Positions 1 through 7,501 of a stretch of DNA of 64,000 nucleotides are shown here, one piece after another. The stretch is taken from contig DASZLX010000032.1 in NCBI GenBank assembly GCA_035552155.1, positions 44,903 to 108,902 of the forward strand, given 5' to 3'. The notes under the pieces are model-generated. The model had not been told where the DNA came from. It worked only from the letters and a program-made list of their open reading frames with translations, and searched no databases. The stretch's first letter is position 1. Each line of letters begins with the position of its first letter. A program made the translations under genes and the position numbers. The stretch is from Verrucomicrobiia bacterium (lineage in GTDB: Bacteria > Verrucomicrobiota > Verrucomicrobiia > Limisphaerales > DASXHY01).

Positions 1-58
1 CATTTAACCAATCCACAAGCTTGCAGTTTCTTCGCACAACGCGCTATGCTCTTACCGC

Positions 59-670
59 TTGATTACCGAGTGGAACATACAATCGCGCGGCCATGGCTGC
101 GAAGTCTGCGGCAAGACATTTGCCGACAAGGAATCGTATCACACCCTGTTAATTGACGAAAAATCGGAGTTCCGCCGCTCCGATGTTTGCGTCGCCTGCT
201 GGCCGGCCAAATCCACCGATGCCCAAAGTGGCAGCGGCTTCATTTCCCACTGGCAAGGCGTTTACGAAGCTCCGCCGCCGGTCACCGAAGCCATCCAGAA
301 AGAGACCGCCGAGACTCTCCTGCGCAAACTCATCGAACAAAACGACCCCGCGCACGCCCCTGCCGGCTACATCCTCGCCGTCATGCTGGAACGCAAACGC
401 ATCCTCAAAGTTAAAGAGCAGCTGGTGCGCGATGGTCAGCGCATTTTCATTTACGAACACCCCAAGACCGGCGACATCTTTACCATCGCCGATCCCAACC
501 TGCGCCTTGATCAACTCGAACAAGTCCAGCGCGACGTCGCCGGCTTGCTCGAACACGGATTGAATCCTCCCACCGCCCAGTCCGCGGATGCCTCAGCCGC
601 GCCGTCGCCGGAAGCCGCTCCCTCCGAATCAAGCGAACCGCCCGTGCCGGCCGAAGCCAAAGCGGATTAA
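59..670 (+). CDS. hypothetical protein with N-terminal CxxC...CxxC zinc-ribbon
   Basis: 203-aa ORF with a TTG start in the track. Cysteine pairs CEVCGK and CVACW near the N-terminus, and an Ala/Pro/Ser-rich tail. Directly upstream of rnc on the same strand. No family recognised. Confidence 0.55.
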   Translation: MITEWNIQSRGHGCEVCGKTFADKESYHTLLIDEKSEFRRSDVCVACWPAKSTDAQSGSGFISHWQGVYEAPPPVTEAIQKETAETLLRKLIEQNDPAHAPAGYILAVMLERKRILKVKEQLVRDGQRIFIYEHPKTGDIFTIADPNLRLDQLEQVQRDVAGLLEHGLNPPTAQSADASAAPSPEAAPSESSEPPVPAEAKAD

Positions 671-682
671 GCCACTTTTCCC

Positions 683-1402
683 GTGTCCGCCTTTGAGGAA
701 CTCCAAAACAAACTCGGCTACACTTTTCGCGATTCCGAACTGCTCAAGCTCGCGCTGACGCATCCCTCCGTCGCCCACGAACTGGGCACGCCCATGCAGA
801 CCAATCAGCGCCTGGAATTTCTCGGCGATGCCGTCCTGCAACTCGTTCTGACCCGCGAACTCTACGAGAAATTTCCCGCCTTCGATGAAGGCCCCCTGAC
901 CAAGGCCCGCGCGAAACTTGTCAATCGCCAGACCCTCGCCGAGCACGCTGGCAGCCTTGACTTGGGCGCGCATCTGATGCTCAGCCGCGGCGAAGACCTC
1001 CACGGCGGCCGCACCCGCCCTTCCGCCCTTGCCGATGCCTACGAAGCCCTCGTGGGAGCCGTGTTCCTCGATGGTGGATTCGAAGCCGCGCGCGAATTCA
1101 TCCTGCGCGAATTCAGCGGCGACCTCGGCGGCCTCACCGTGATTCCCATCATGGAAAATCCCAAGGGCGAATTGCAGGAACTCTTGCAAGCCATCTCCGC
1201 TGAAGCCCCGCAATACCTCGTCGTCTCTGCCAGCGGCCCCGATCACGACCGAATGTTTGAATGCATCGTCCAGCATGGCGGCGTCGAACTTGCCCGCGGC
1301 CGCGGCAAAAGCAAAAAAGCCGCTGAAAGCGAAGCGGCTCTCGCAGCCCTGATAAAGCTGCGCGAGAAAAAGGAAGAGCTCGAAATAAAACGGGAAACGT
1401 AA
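683..1402 (+). CDS. rnc: ribonuclease III
   Basis: RNase III signature NQRLEFLGDAVLQLV, a second catalytic block ADAYEALVGAVFLDGG, and a C-terminal dsRBD-like segment ending KKAAESEAALAAL. Confidence 0.95.
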   Translation: MSAFEELQNKLGYTFRDSELLKLALTHPSVAHELGTPMQTNQRLEFLGDAVLQLVLTRELYEKFPAFDEGPLTKARAKLVNRQTLAEHAGSLDLGAHLMLSRGEDLHGGRTRPSALADAYEALVGAVFLDGGFEAAREFILREFSGDLGGLTVIPIMENPKGELQELLQAISAEAPQYLVVSASGPDHDRMFECIVQHGGVELARGRGKSKKAAESEAALAALIKLREKKEELEIKRET

Positions 1403-1446
1403 AACGTGAATAACAGGCGACCCTGAATTCAGGTTTTACGTTTCCC
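1392..1446. repeat. hairpin with 14-bp perfect stem built on the AAACGTAAAAC word
   Basis: gggaaacgtaaaac (1392-1405) pairs perfectly with gttttacgtttccc (1433-1446). It overlaps the rnc stop codon and has no downstream T-run. Confidence 0.8.
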
Positions 1447-1453
1447 AAACAGA

Positions 1454-2257
1454 ATGTCATTTTCCTCCATGTTACTCCGCTGGTTCGAACATAGCCGCGT
1501 CTATCATCCCACCCGCCAACTCGAAGCGGCTGCCTCCGATCTTGGCCGCCCCTTTGAAAACATTTTTTTCCAGGCCCAAGACGGCGTTGAATTGAATGGC
1601 TGGTTTTTCCCCGCGCAAACCGACTCTCCGCGCGGCCAGATGGCCTTCCTGAACTGCCACGGCAACGCCGGCAACATCAGCCATCGCCTCGGCCTTTACG
1701 CTGCCTTGCTCGAAACCGGCGCCAGTGTCTTGAGCTTCGACTATCGCGGCTACGGCTTGAGCAAAGGAAAACCCAGCGAGGAAGGAACCTATCTTGACGT
1801 CCAAGCCGCCTGGCATTGGCTGCGGCAAAAGGGCTTCGCCGGCCGGAACATCATCCCTTATGGCGAATCGCTCGGGGGCGGGATCGCCACCGAATTGTGC
1901 GCGCGCGAACAGACCGGCGGGCTCATCCTGCAAAGCACCTTCACCAGCCTCCCGGCCATTGGCGCCGAATTGTACCCCTGGCTGCCCGTCCGCCTGGTCG
2001 GCAGCATCCGCTACGATACATTGAGCAAACTGCCGCGACTGAAAATCCCCGTCCTCATCATGCACAGCCGCGAGGACGGCCTCATCGGCTTTCGCCACAG
2101 TGAACAAAATTTTGCCGCGGCCAACGAGCCCAAATTCTTCTGCGAATTGCGCGGAGCGCATAACGATAGCGCCTGGGAAGCTCCCGGTTTCGAAGCCGCC
2201 ATCGAGAAATTCCTGCAAACCGTCGAAAGCGCCAACCAGGCTGCGCGAGTCTCGTAG
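1454..2257 (+). CDS. alpha/beta-fold serine hydrolase
   Basis: Nucleophile elbow GESLGGG. Length and layout are typical of S9/S33-type hydrolases, with a late HS..D and H region. Confidence 0.85.
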   Translation: MSFSSMLLRWFEHSRVYHPTRQLEAAASDLGRPFENIFFQAQDGVELNGWFFPAQTDSPRGQMAFLNCHGNAGNISHRLGLYAALLETGASVLSFDYRGYGLSKGKPSEEGTYLDVQAAWHWLRQKGFAGRNIIPYGESLGGGIATELCAREQTGGLILQSTFTSLPAIGAELYPWLPVRLVGSIRYDTLSKLPRLKIPVLIMHSREDGLIGFRHSEQNFAAANEPKFFCELRGAHNDSAWEAPGFEAAIEKFLQTVESANQAARVS

Positions 2258-2294
2258 GACCGGTATCCTGCCCGTCTCCATTTTAAGAAATGCT

Positions 2295-2633
2295 TCATCC
2301 CGGCGGCCAGCCTAGCTTTCTTCCGCCAATGATATGGCAATGCAGATGCGGCACCGCCTCGCCGGCGTCTGGGCCGTTGTTGATCACCAGCCGAAACCCA
2401 TTTTCCGTCAGCCCCAGTTGTTTCGCCACCGCGGCGGCCTTGATCAAGAGATGCCCCAGCACCTGGTGATCGTCCGGGTGCGCCTCCGCGATGCGCGGGA
2501 TCGGCTTTTTCGGGATGATCAGCACATGCACCGGCGCCTGCGGTTTCACATCGTGAAACGCGATCACCTTGTCGTCCTCGTAAACGATATTAGCGGGAAT
2601 CTCACGGGCGATGATCTTTTCAAAAAGAGTCAT
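2295..2633 (-). CDS. HIT-family (histidine triad) protein
   Basis: C-terminal histidine triad HLHCHIIGG; N-terminus MTLFEKIIAREIPA is typical of HinT-like proteins. Confidence 0.9.
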   Translation of the reverse strand: MTLFEKIIAREIPANIVYEDDKVIAFHDVKPQAPVHVLIIPKKPIPRIAEAHPDDHQVLGHLLIKAAAVAKQLGLTENGFRLVINNGPDAGEAVPHLHCHIIGGRKLGWPPG

Positions 2634-3202
2634 TCAACCAAAAGCGCGCAACTCGGCTGGTTTGCTTCGTTCGTGAAGCAATTCCGCAGATATTCCACAA
2701 TCTGATCCTCCAAACTCTGGCAGCGCCGCGTCCAACGCCGCGCCCCGGTCAGTTGCTTCACGCAACTGCGCAACCCGTCAAAATGCAGCACCTCCGGGTC
2801 CCGCAATAATTGCTGGCGCAACTCATCCCGCAGGCGCGGGAAGAAAAAGAGCTCGAACCCCTTGCCCGATTCGCACGCGAGCTGGCGCAGGTCTGTTTTC
2901 AACACGCGCCGCTCCGCCGAAGTTTGTTCCACCAGCTCGGACGGCAGCGCCTCCGCCTGCAGCGTGAAACCGCGCAGCACCTTTTCCAGCGCGCCGGCAA
3001 ACTCCCCCACCGTCACCGTGACGCGCCCGAGGTCATGTTTAAAATAGTGAAACACGGCGCTCGCGGCGTGCTTGAGAAACTCCGGGTCGAACATCCCGAT
3101 GCCGTCGCTGGTCAGCTCCACCGAAATCATTTCCGCGGAGAACGGGATGCTTTCGCCGGTGCTCGTTTCGAACAACAAACAATCGTAGGCCAGAGCAATC
3201 AT
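2630..3202 (-). CDS. hypothetical protein
   Basis: 190-aa ORF, translationally coupled by 4-nt overlaps to nrdR upstream and the HIT gene downstream. No motif recognised. Confidence 0.6.
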   Translation of the reverse strand: MIALAYDCLLFETSTGESIPFSAEMISVELTSDGIGMFDPEFLKHAASAVFHYFKHDLGRVTVTVGEFAGALEKVLRGFTLQAEALPSELVEQTSAERRVLKTDLRQLACESGKGFELFFFPRLRDELRQQLLRDPEVLHFDGLRSCVKQLTGARRWTRRCQSLEDQIVEYLRNCFTNEANQPSCALLVE

Positions 3203-3654
3203 TGTTTTGCCTCCATTTTTTTGACCTCCTGCACAAAATCCGTCGCTTCCTGGAACCGCCGGTAGACGCTGGCGTAGCGCACATAGGCGACCTCATCGAT
3301 CTCGCGCAAGCCTTCCATGACCAGCTTGCCGATGACGTCCCCCGGCACCTCGCGCTCGTATTTGCCGGTGATTTCGTCCACGATTTTTTCGACGAGATCC
3401 TCCATGGTCTTGGGGCTGACGGGACGTTTCTGGCAGGCCTTCTTGATGCCGGACAGCAGTTTTTCCTTGGAAAATTCCTCATGCCGGCCGTCGCGTTTGA
3501 GGACCATAAGCCCCTGATGCTCAATTTCCTCGTAAGTGGTGAAGCGATGGCCGCAAGCGATGCATTGGCGGCGGCGGCGGATGGTGGCTCCTTCGCGCGA
3601 GGCGCGGGAATCAATAACCTTATCGTCCTGACAACCGCATTTGGGGCAACGCAT
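3199..3654 (-). CDS. nrdR: transcriptional repressor NrdR
   Basis: MRCPKCG...CIACGHRFTTYE zinc ribbon followed by an ATP-cone region; canonical NrdR N-terminus. Confidence 0.95.
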   Translation of the reverse strand: MRCPKCGCQDDKVIDSRASREGATIRRRRQCIACGHRFTTYEEIEHQGLMVLKRDGRHEEFSKEKLLSGIKKACQKRPVSPKTMEDLVEKIVDEITGKYEREVPGDVIGKLVMEGLREIDEVAYVRYASVYRRFQEATDFVQEVKKMEAKQ

Positions 3655-3778
3655 AATCCCACAGCTAATTGTGGTTCACGGATTTGTACCATACCGGGAA
3701 TTGTGGCGTCAAGACGGATGTAACCGTACGGGTAACAACCGGCCAAAAGCGTCCCGAGTCGGGAGTCGCGGGTTGAAT

Positions 3779-4068
3779 GAAATGCGGGGAAACGGGCCCC
3801 CCTCCCTCCTTGAATAGGCTGGAATAGGCTTGAATGGGGGGAAGTGACGAGTGATGAGTGATTGGTAACGAGTGATGAGTGATAAGTGATGAGTGATGAG
3901 TGGCGAGCGGGAATGGGGGCTGGGGGTTTTTGGATTCATGGATTGGGGACGGCGCGAATTGATTTTTTTGACCGGGATTTACCCGGATAACTTCAGTTGA
4001 GAGGTGGAGAGTCAGGGAGGTTGAGGGTTGGGCTGAATACCGGAATCCGGGCCCGTTTCCGCATTTTC
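3779..4068. repeat. inverted-repeat-bounded intergenic element
   Basis: gaaatgcggggaaacgggccc (3779-3799) is an imperfect reverse complement of gggcccgtttccgcattttc (4049-4068). The interior holds short tandem word arrays. Confidence 0.7.
3843..3912. repeat. heptamer tandem array, about 10 x AGTGATG
   Basis: agtgacg agtgatg agtgatt ggtaacg agtgatg agtgata agtgatg agtgatg agtggcg agcggga, read directly. Preceded by a 10-nt word array, gaataggct x2-3, at 3811-3840. Confidence 0.9.
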
Positions 4069-4303
4069 CATGGCTGGCTGCCTTCATTCGTGCCTTTCCT
4101 TTCTCCTCCTCTTGTCCTGGCCTTTATACCATCGGTGTCAAATCCGAGGCTCAAAGATTGGGGTCATCCGATGCAGCAGGGAGCGGACGATTCGTTCCGG
4201 GCCGGGGTCTTTGCCGCGGCTCATGTTCCATGAGCGGTGTTCGCCGGTGAGTCGGTCTCGGTTCACGCCTAAAGTTTAACAGAAGGAAACAAAGGAAACC
4301 GAG

Positions 4304-4448
4304 GGGGAATTAAGAAGGAGCAGAAAATGGCTGCGCTCACAGAGACGCCGCTACATCGGAATGTGGAAGTTAGCGGCGGTCATAGAGGCGCCACTACACC
4401 GAGTGGGCTCACTAGGACGTTCGTCCCACCGGGAGGGGAATTAAGAAG
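4304..4448. repeat. three REP-like units bracketed by a 14-bp perfect direct repeat
   Basis: ggggaattaagaag occurs at 4304-4317 and 4435-4448. Between them are ctcacagagacgccgctaca, gtcatagaggcgccactaca and ctcactaggacgttcgtccca. Confidence 0.75.
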
Positions 4449-4534
4449 AATGCAGAAGGCTATGAGCAGGGGGAAGCTTCATAGGCTATATTGAGAGCTA
4501 AATCAGCAACATCACATGATAACTCCAAAAATTT

Positions 4535-5140
4535 ATGAAACGCATTCAATGTTTCTTGTTTCTAGCTCTGCTGGCGACGCAGCATACAGTTCGGGGGCAA
4601 GGCACGTTGACCATTACTTTCGATGAGCCGCCAGTTCCGACCGGACAAACGGTTGTCTCGTCCTACGTCGAATCGGGCATGCGCTTCGAGGGTATAGTAG
4701 GGTTCGGACGCTTTGCGTCCGGGTTCCAACCCGGGTTTCCGGATGATGGAACCGCCTATTTGCATGGTGCTGGGCATGCCGGCTACAACGATGTTTACGG
4801 ATCTTTCATCGACGGCTCAACTTTCGGAGTATCATCCATTGACCTGGCTGCGTCTGGCGGCAACTCCACGGAGATTTCGGCTGTCTTTGAGGGTTGGTTT
4901 GCCAACGGCACGGTTCTCACCGAGACGGTTTCTGGAACGGGAATTGATTTTCGAACGGTTGATTTTGGTCCTGAATGGTCGTCCGGCCTGACTGCTTTTG
5001 GAATTTCCAATGACCAATCTTCTCCGGACGGCTGGTCAGTAGACACTCTGGTTGTCGTTGTTCCTGAACCGGCGAGCGGTGCCCTGTTACTGGCGGGAGG
5101 AGTCGCCGGGCTGGCATTTCGGAAATTGAAAAGACGTTGA
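4535..5140 (+). CDS. PEP-CTERM sorting-domain secreted protein
   Basis: N-terminal signal peptide. C-terminus VPEPASGALLLAGGVAGLAFRKLKRR gives the PEP motif, a TM helix and a basic tail. Confidence 0.85.
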   Translation: MKRIQCFLFLALLATQHTVRGQGTLTITFDEPPVPTGQTVVSSYVESGMRFEGIVGFGRFASGFQPGFPDDGTAYLHGAGHAGYNDVYGSFIDGSTFGVSSIDLAASGGNSTEISAVFEGWFANGTVLTETVSGTGIDFRTVDFGPEWSSGLTAFGISNDQSSPDGWSVDTLVVVVPEPASGALLLAGGVAGLAFRKLKRR

Positions 5141-5162
5141 GAACGGAGGAAGGCGGAAAGGA

Positions 5163-5302
5163 ATTTGCCACAGAGGCACAGAGGCACAGAGAGAGCGGCG
5201 GGGGAAGTTCCAAATTCCAAGCCCCAAGTTCCAGAGAAGGTCCAAGATCCAAACTTAAAAGGAGACGATCGCAAGTTTTTTCTCTGTGCCTCTGTGGCAA
5301 AT
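5163..5302. repeat. palindromic element with 21-bp perfect inverted repeats and internal 8-nt word arrays
   Basis: atttgccacagaggcacagag (5163-5183) versus ctctgtgcctctgtggcaaat (5282-5302). CACAGAGG occurs x3 in the left arm. Interior 5205-5253 is a TTCCAA-type word array. Confidence 0.85.
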
Positions 5303-5360
5303 AAATTTTGGCGAGGCGGGAGCCGAAAAAGTCAGAGACAGGCAGGATGCCTGTCCTACG

Positions 5361-6278
5361 TCAGAATACCATGGGCGAGCCTTCTTCCAAAATGTTGATG
5401 CAGTTGGTGAGTTTTTCTTTTTCGGCAATTTCCAGCAGCCAGCGGGGTGGTTCGTCCATTTCTTCGAAGGACAGTTTGAAGGTGCCGTAGTGCATGGGGA
5501 CGAAATGTTGGGCGCGCAGGTCTTTGAAGGCTTTCATGGCCTGGTCGGGGCCCATGTGGACGCGGCGGAAGCTGTCGGGATGATACGCGCCGATGGGCAG
5601 CAGGGCGATTTCGGGCGCGACGCGGCGACCAATTTCTTTGAAGCCGTGAAAGTAGGCGCTGTCGCCGGCGTGATAAATGCAGCGGCCCTGGTGTTCCAGG
5701 AGAAATCCGCCGTAGCCGCGGTGCTGGTCGCGCAAGGTGCGCGCGCCCCAATGTTTGCTGGGCGTGAAGGTCACCTTCCAGTTGTTGTGTGAGAAGCTTT
5801 CCCACCATTCGAGCTCGATGATGCGCGCGAAGCCGAGGTCCATGGCGAGGTCGCCGACGCCCCAGGGCATGACGCCGATTTTCGGCTGCGGCAACCGGCG
5901 CAGGGAGGGTTTGTGAAAGTGATCGAAGTGCGCGTGCGTGAGCAGGACGAGGTCGATGGGTGGCAGGTCCTGGATTTTCAGGCCGGAGCGTTTGATGCGT
6001 TTGAGGAGGAACAGCCAGTTGGCGAAATTGGGGTCGATGAGGACGTTGAGGTCGGTGAATTGGATGAGGAACGAGGCGTGGCCGATCCAGGTGATGGCGA
6101 CTTCGCCGTGTTTCAATTTGGGAAATGCGGGGCGGCGATGCTGGCCGGTGCGGCGGGTGAGCAGGGTCTTCCAGATCATTTCATGGAAGAAGGTGCGAGG
6201 GTTGAAGTGTTTGGCGGGGGTGAGGTCTTTGAACGATTTTGGCAGCGGCTGGCGATTTTGGCGCGGCGGTCTTGGCAT
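5361..6278 (-). CDS. MBL-fold metallo-hydrolase
   Basis: THAHFDH metal-binding motif, GHASFLIQ, HAGDS. Start moved to the internal ATG (MPRPP) because the upstream extension is encoded by a REP hairpin. Confidence 0.8.
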   Translation of the reverse strand: MPRPPRQNRQPLPKSFKDLTPAKHFNPRTFFHEMIWKTLLTRRTGQHRRPAFPKLKHGEVAITWIGHASFLIQFTDLNVLIDPNFANWLFLLKRIKRSGLKIQDLPPIDLVLLTHAHFDHFHKPSLRRLPQPKIGVMPWGVGDLAMDLGFARIIELEWWESFSHNNWKVTFTPSKHWGARTLRDQHRGYGGFLLEHQGRCIYHAGDSAYFHGFKEIGRRVAPEIALLPIGAYHPDSFRRVHMGPDQAMKAFKDLRAQHFVPMHYGTFKLSFEEMDEPPRWLLEIAEKEKLTNCINILEEGSPMVF

Positions 6279-6300
6279 GTTCGTCCTTTTATTAAAATGG

Positions 6301-6346
6301 GGGCCGCGCGGCAACGCGGCCCTACCAGGGGGTGCGGCCCTACCGG
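6301..6346. repeat. REP-like hairpin(s)
   Basis: gggccgcgcggcaacgcggccctacc (8-bp stem followed by tacc), then a partial second copy gtgcggccctacc. Confidence 0.75.
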
Positions 6347-6440
6347 CTCTTGATAGATTACTCATACCGCGCATTGAATAAAAATCAAATTGGGGCGTCG
6401 GAAGGAAAGAGCGCGAAAGCGCTAAAACGAAAGGTAAATC

Positions 6441-6731
6441 ATGAAAAAAATATTTTTAGCTCTGACGGTGATGGCAGCGGTGGCGGTGGGCGCGGCGAGT
6501 GCCCGCGCCGGGGTGGCGGTATCGATCGGATTCCCCGCGCCGGTGGTGGTGAGAACCGCCCCGGTTTATTATCCGGCTCCCCGAGTGGTGTATGCTCCGC
6601 CGGCACCGGTGGTGGTGGCTTGCGCGCCAGTGGTGGTGGCGCCTGCGCCGGTTGTTTGCGCGCCGGCACCGGTCGTGCGGTTCGGGTTTGGGTTTGGATT
6701 TCATCCGTTTTATCACCACGGACGTTGGTGA
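6441..6731 (+). CDS. small secreted Pro/Val/Ala-repeat protein
   Basis: Signal peptide MKKIFLALTVMAAVAVGAASA, then repeated PAPVVV-type units and a GFGFGFHPFYHHGRW tail. Followed by a strong terminator. Confidence 0.6.
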   Translation: MKKIFLALTVMAAVAVGAASARAGVAVSIGFPAPVVVRTAPVYYPAPRVVYAPPAPVVVACAPVVVAPAPVVCAPAPVVRFGFGFGFHPFYHHGRW

Positions 6732-6751
6732 CACCTGGAGGAACCAAGGTG

Positions 6752-6780
6752 CCCGCCGGTGCAAGCCGGCGGGTTTTTTT
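6752..6780 (+). terminator. rho-independent terminator
   Basis: cccgccgg / ccggcggg 8-bp GC stem with a 6-nt loop, followed by a run of 7 T. Lies 20 nt after the stop at 6731. Confidence 0.8.
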
Positions 6781-6792
6781 ATTGGGCAGTGA

Positions 6793-6900
6793 GGGTGGGC
6801 GTGCGTCGTCGGCGCGACGTTGGGGCAATATAGGATCGTGGGCATGATTTTTCCGCCCGCTACTGCGCGGGCGGGGACGCCGCGGCGCGGCATCCCTACC
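6793..6900. repeat. composite REP cluster copy
   Basis: Contains gcgcgacgttggggc, related to gcgcaacgtggggc of the RAYT flanks, plus ttccgcccgctactgcgcgggcggggacgccgcggcgcggcatccctacc. Confidence 0.75.
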
Positions 6901-6934
6901 AATCCGGTTTTTTATTTTCATTTCTCGTGGGAAG

Positions 6935-7501
6935 TTGCAATCTGGGAAAGTGAGCAAATTGCGCAAACAACTGGATCGGTTCCTCGCCAGGCAACCGTCG
7001 CTCGGCAAGGGCGTGTATATCGCGCGCGGCGCGGCGGTGCTCGGCGATGTGACCCTGGGCGATTATTCCAGCGTTTGGTACAATGCGGTCCTGCGCGGGG
7101 ACATCAATCGCATCGTGGTGGGCCATCACACGAACGTGCAGGACAATGCGGTGCTGCATCTGGCCGACGATTATCCGTGCCTCGTGGGAAATTACGTCAC
7201 CATCGGCCATTCCGCGGTGGTCCATGCGTGCACGGTGGGGGATGAAACTTTGGTGGGCATGGGCGCGGTGATTCTTGATGGCGCGGTCATCGGCAAGCAA
7301 TGCCTCATTGGCGCGCGGGCGCTGGTGACGCAGGGGGCGAAAATTCCGGCGGGCTCGATGGTGTTCGGCGCGCCGGCCAAGGTGGTGCGGGCGTTGACGC
7401 GGGAGGAACGCGCCGGCCTGAAGGCGTGGGCGCAAAAATACGTGGAGAACGCGGCTTACTGTTTGAAGAACGCCGCCCGCCTGACGGTCATCAACCCATG
7501 A
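6935..7501 (+). CDS. gamma-class carbonic anhydrase-like left-handed beta-helix protein (YrdA/PaaY family)
   Basis: Hexapeptide-repeat pattern with SVWYNAVLRGD and GHHTNVQDNAVLH, typical of this family. Start codon uncertain (TTG 6935 or GTG 6950). Confidence 0.85.
   Translation: MQSGKVSKLRKQLDRFLARQPSLGKGVYIARGAAVLGDVTLGDYSSVWYNAVLRGDINRIVVGHHTNVQDNAVLHLADDYPCLVGNYVTIGHSAVVHACTVGDETLVGMGAVILDGAVIGKQCLIGARALVTQGAKIPAGSMVFGAPAKVVRALTREERAGLKAWAQKYVENAAYCLKNAARLTVINP

Noticed and set aside
3665-4087. 140-aa minus-strand ORF containing HHSSLITHHSLPITHHSS
   Set aside because: The repetitive peptide is simply the translation of the AGTGATG heptamer array inside a palindromic intergenic element, and there is no credible start context.
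6332-7008. Several overlapping 150-190-aa ORFs on both strands around 6330-7010
   Set aside because: They are largely encoded by REP hairpins and Pro/Arg/Gly-rich antisense frames of the small secreted-protein gene. Only the signal-peptide ORF 6441-6731, which has its own terminator, is credible.
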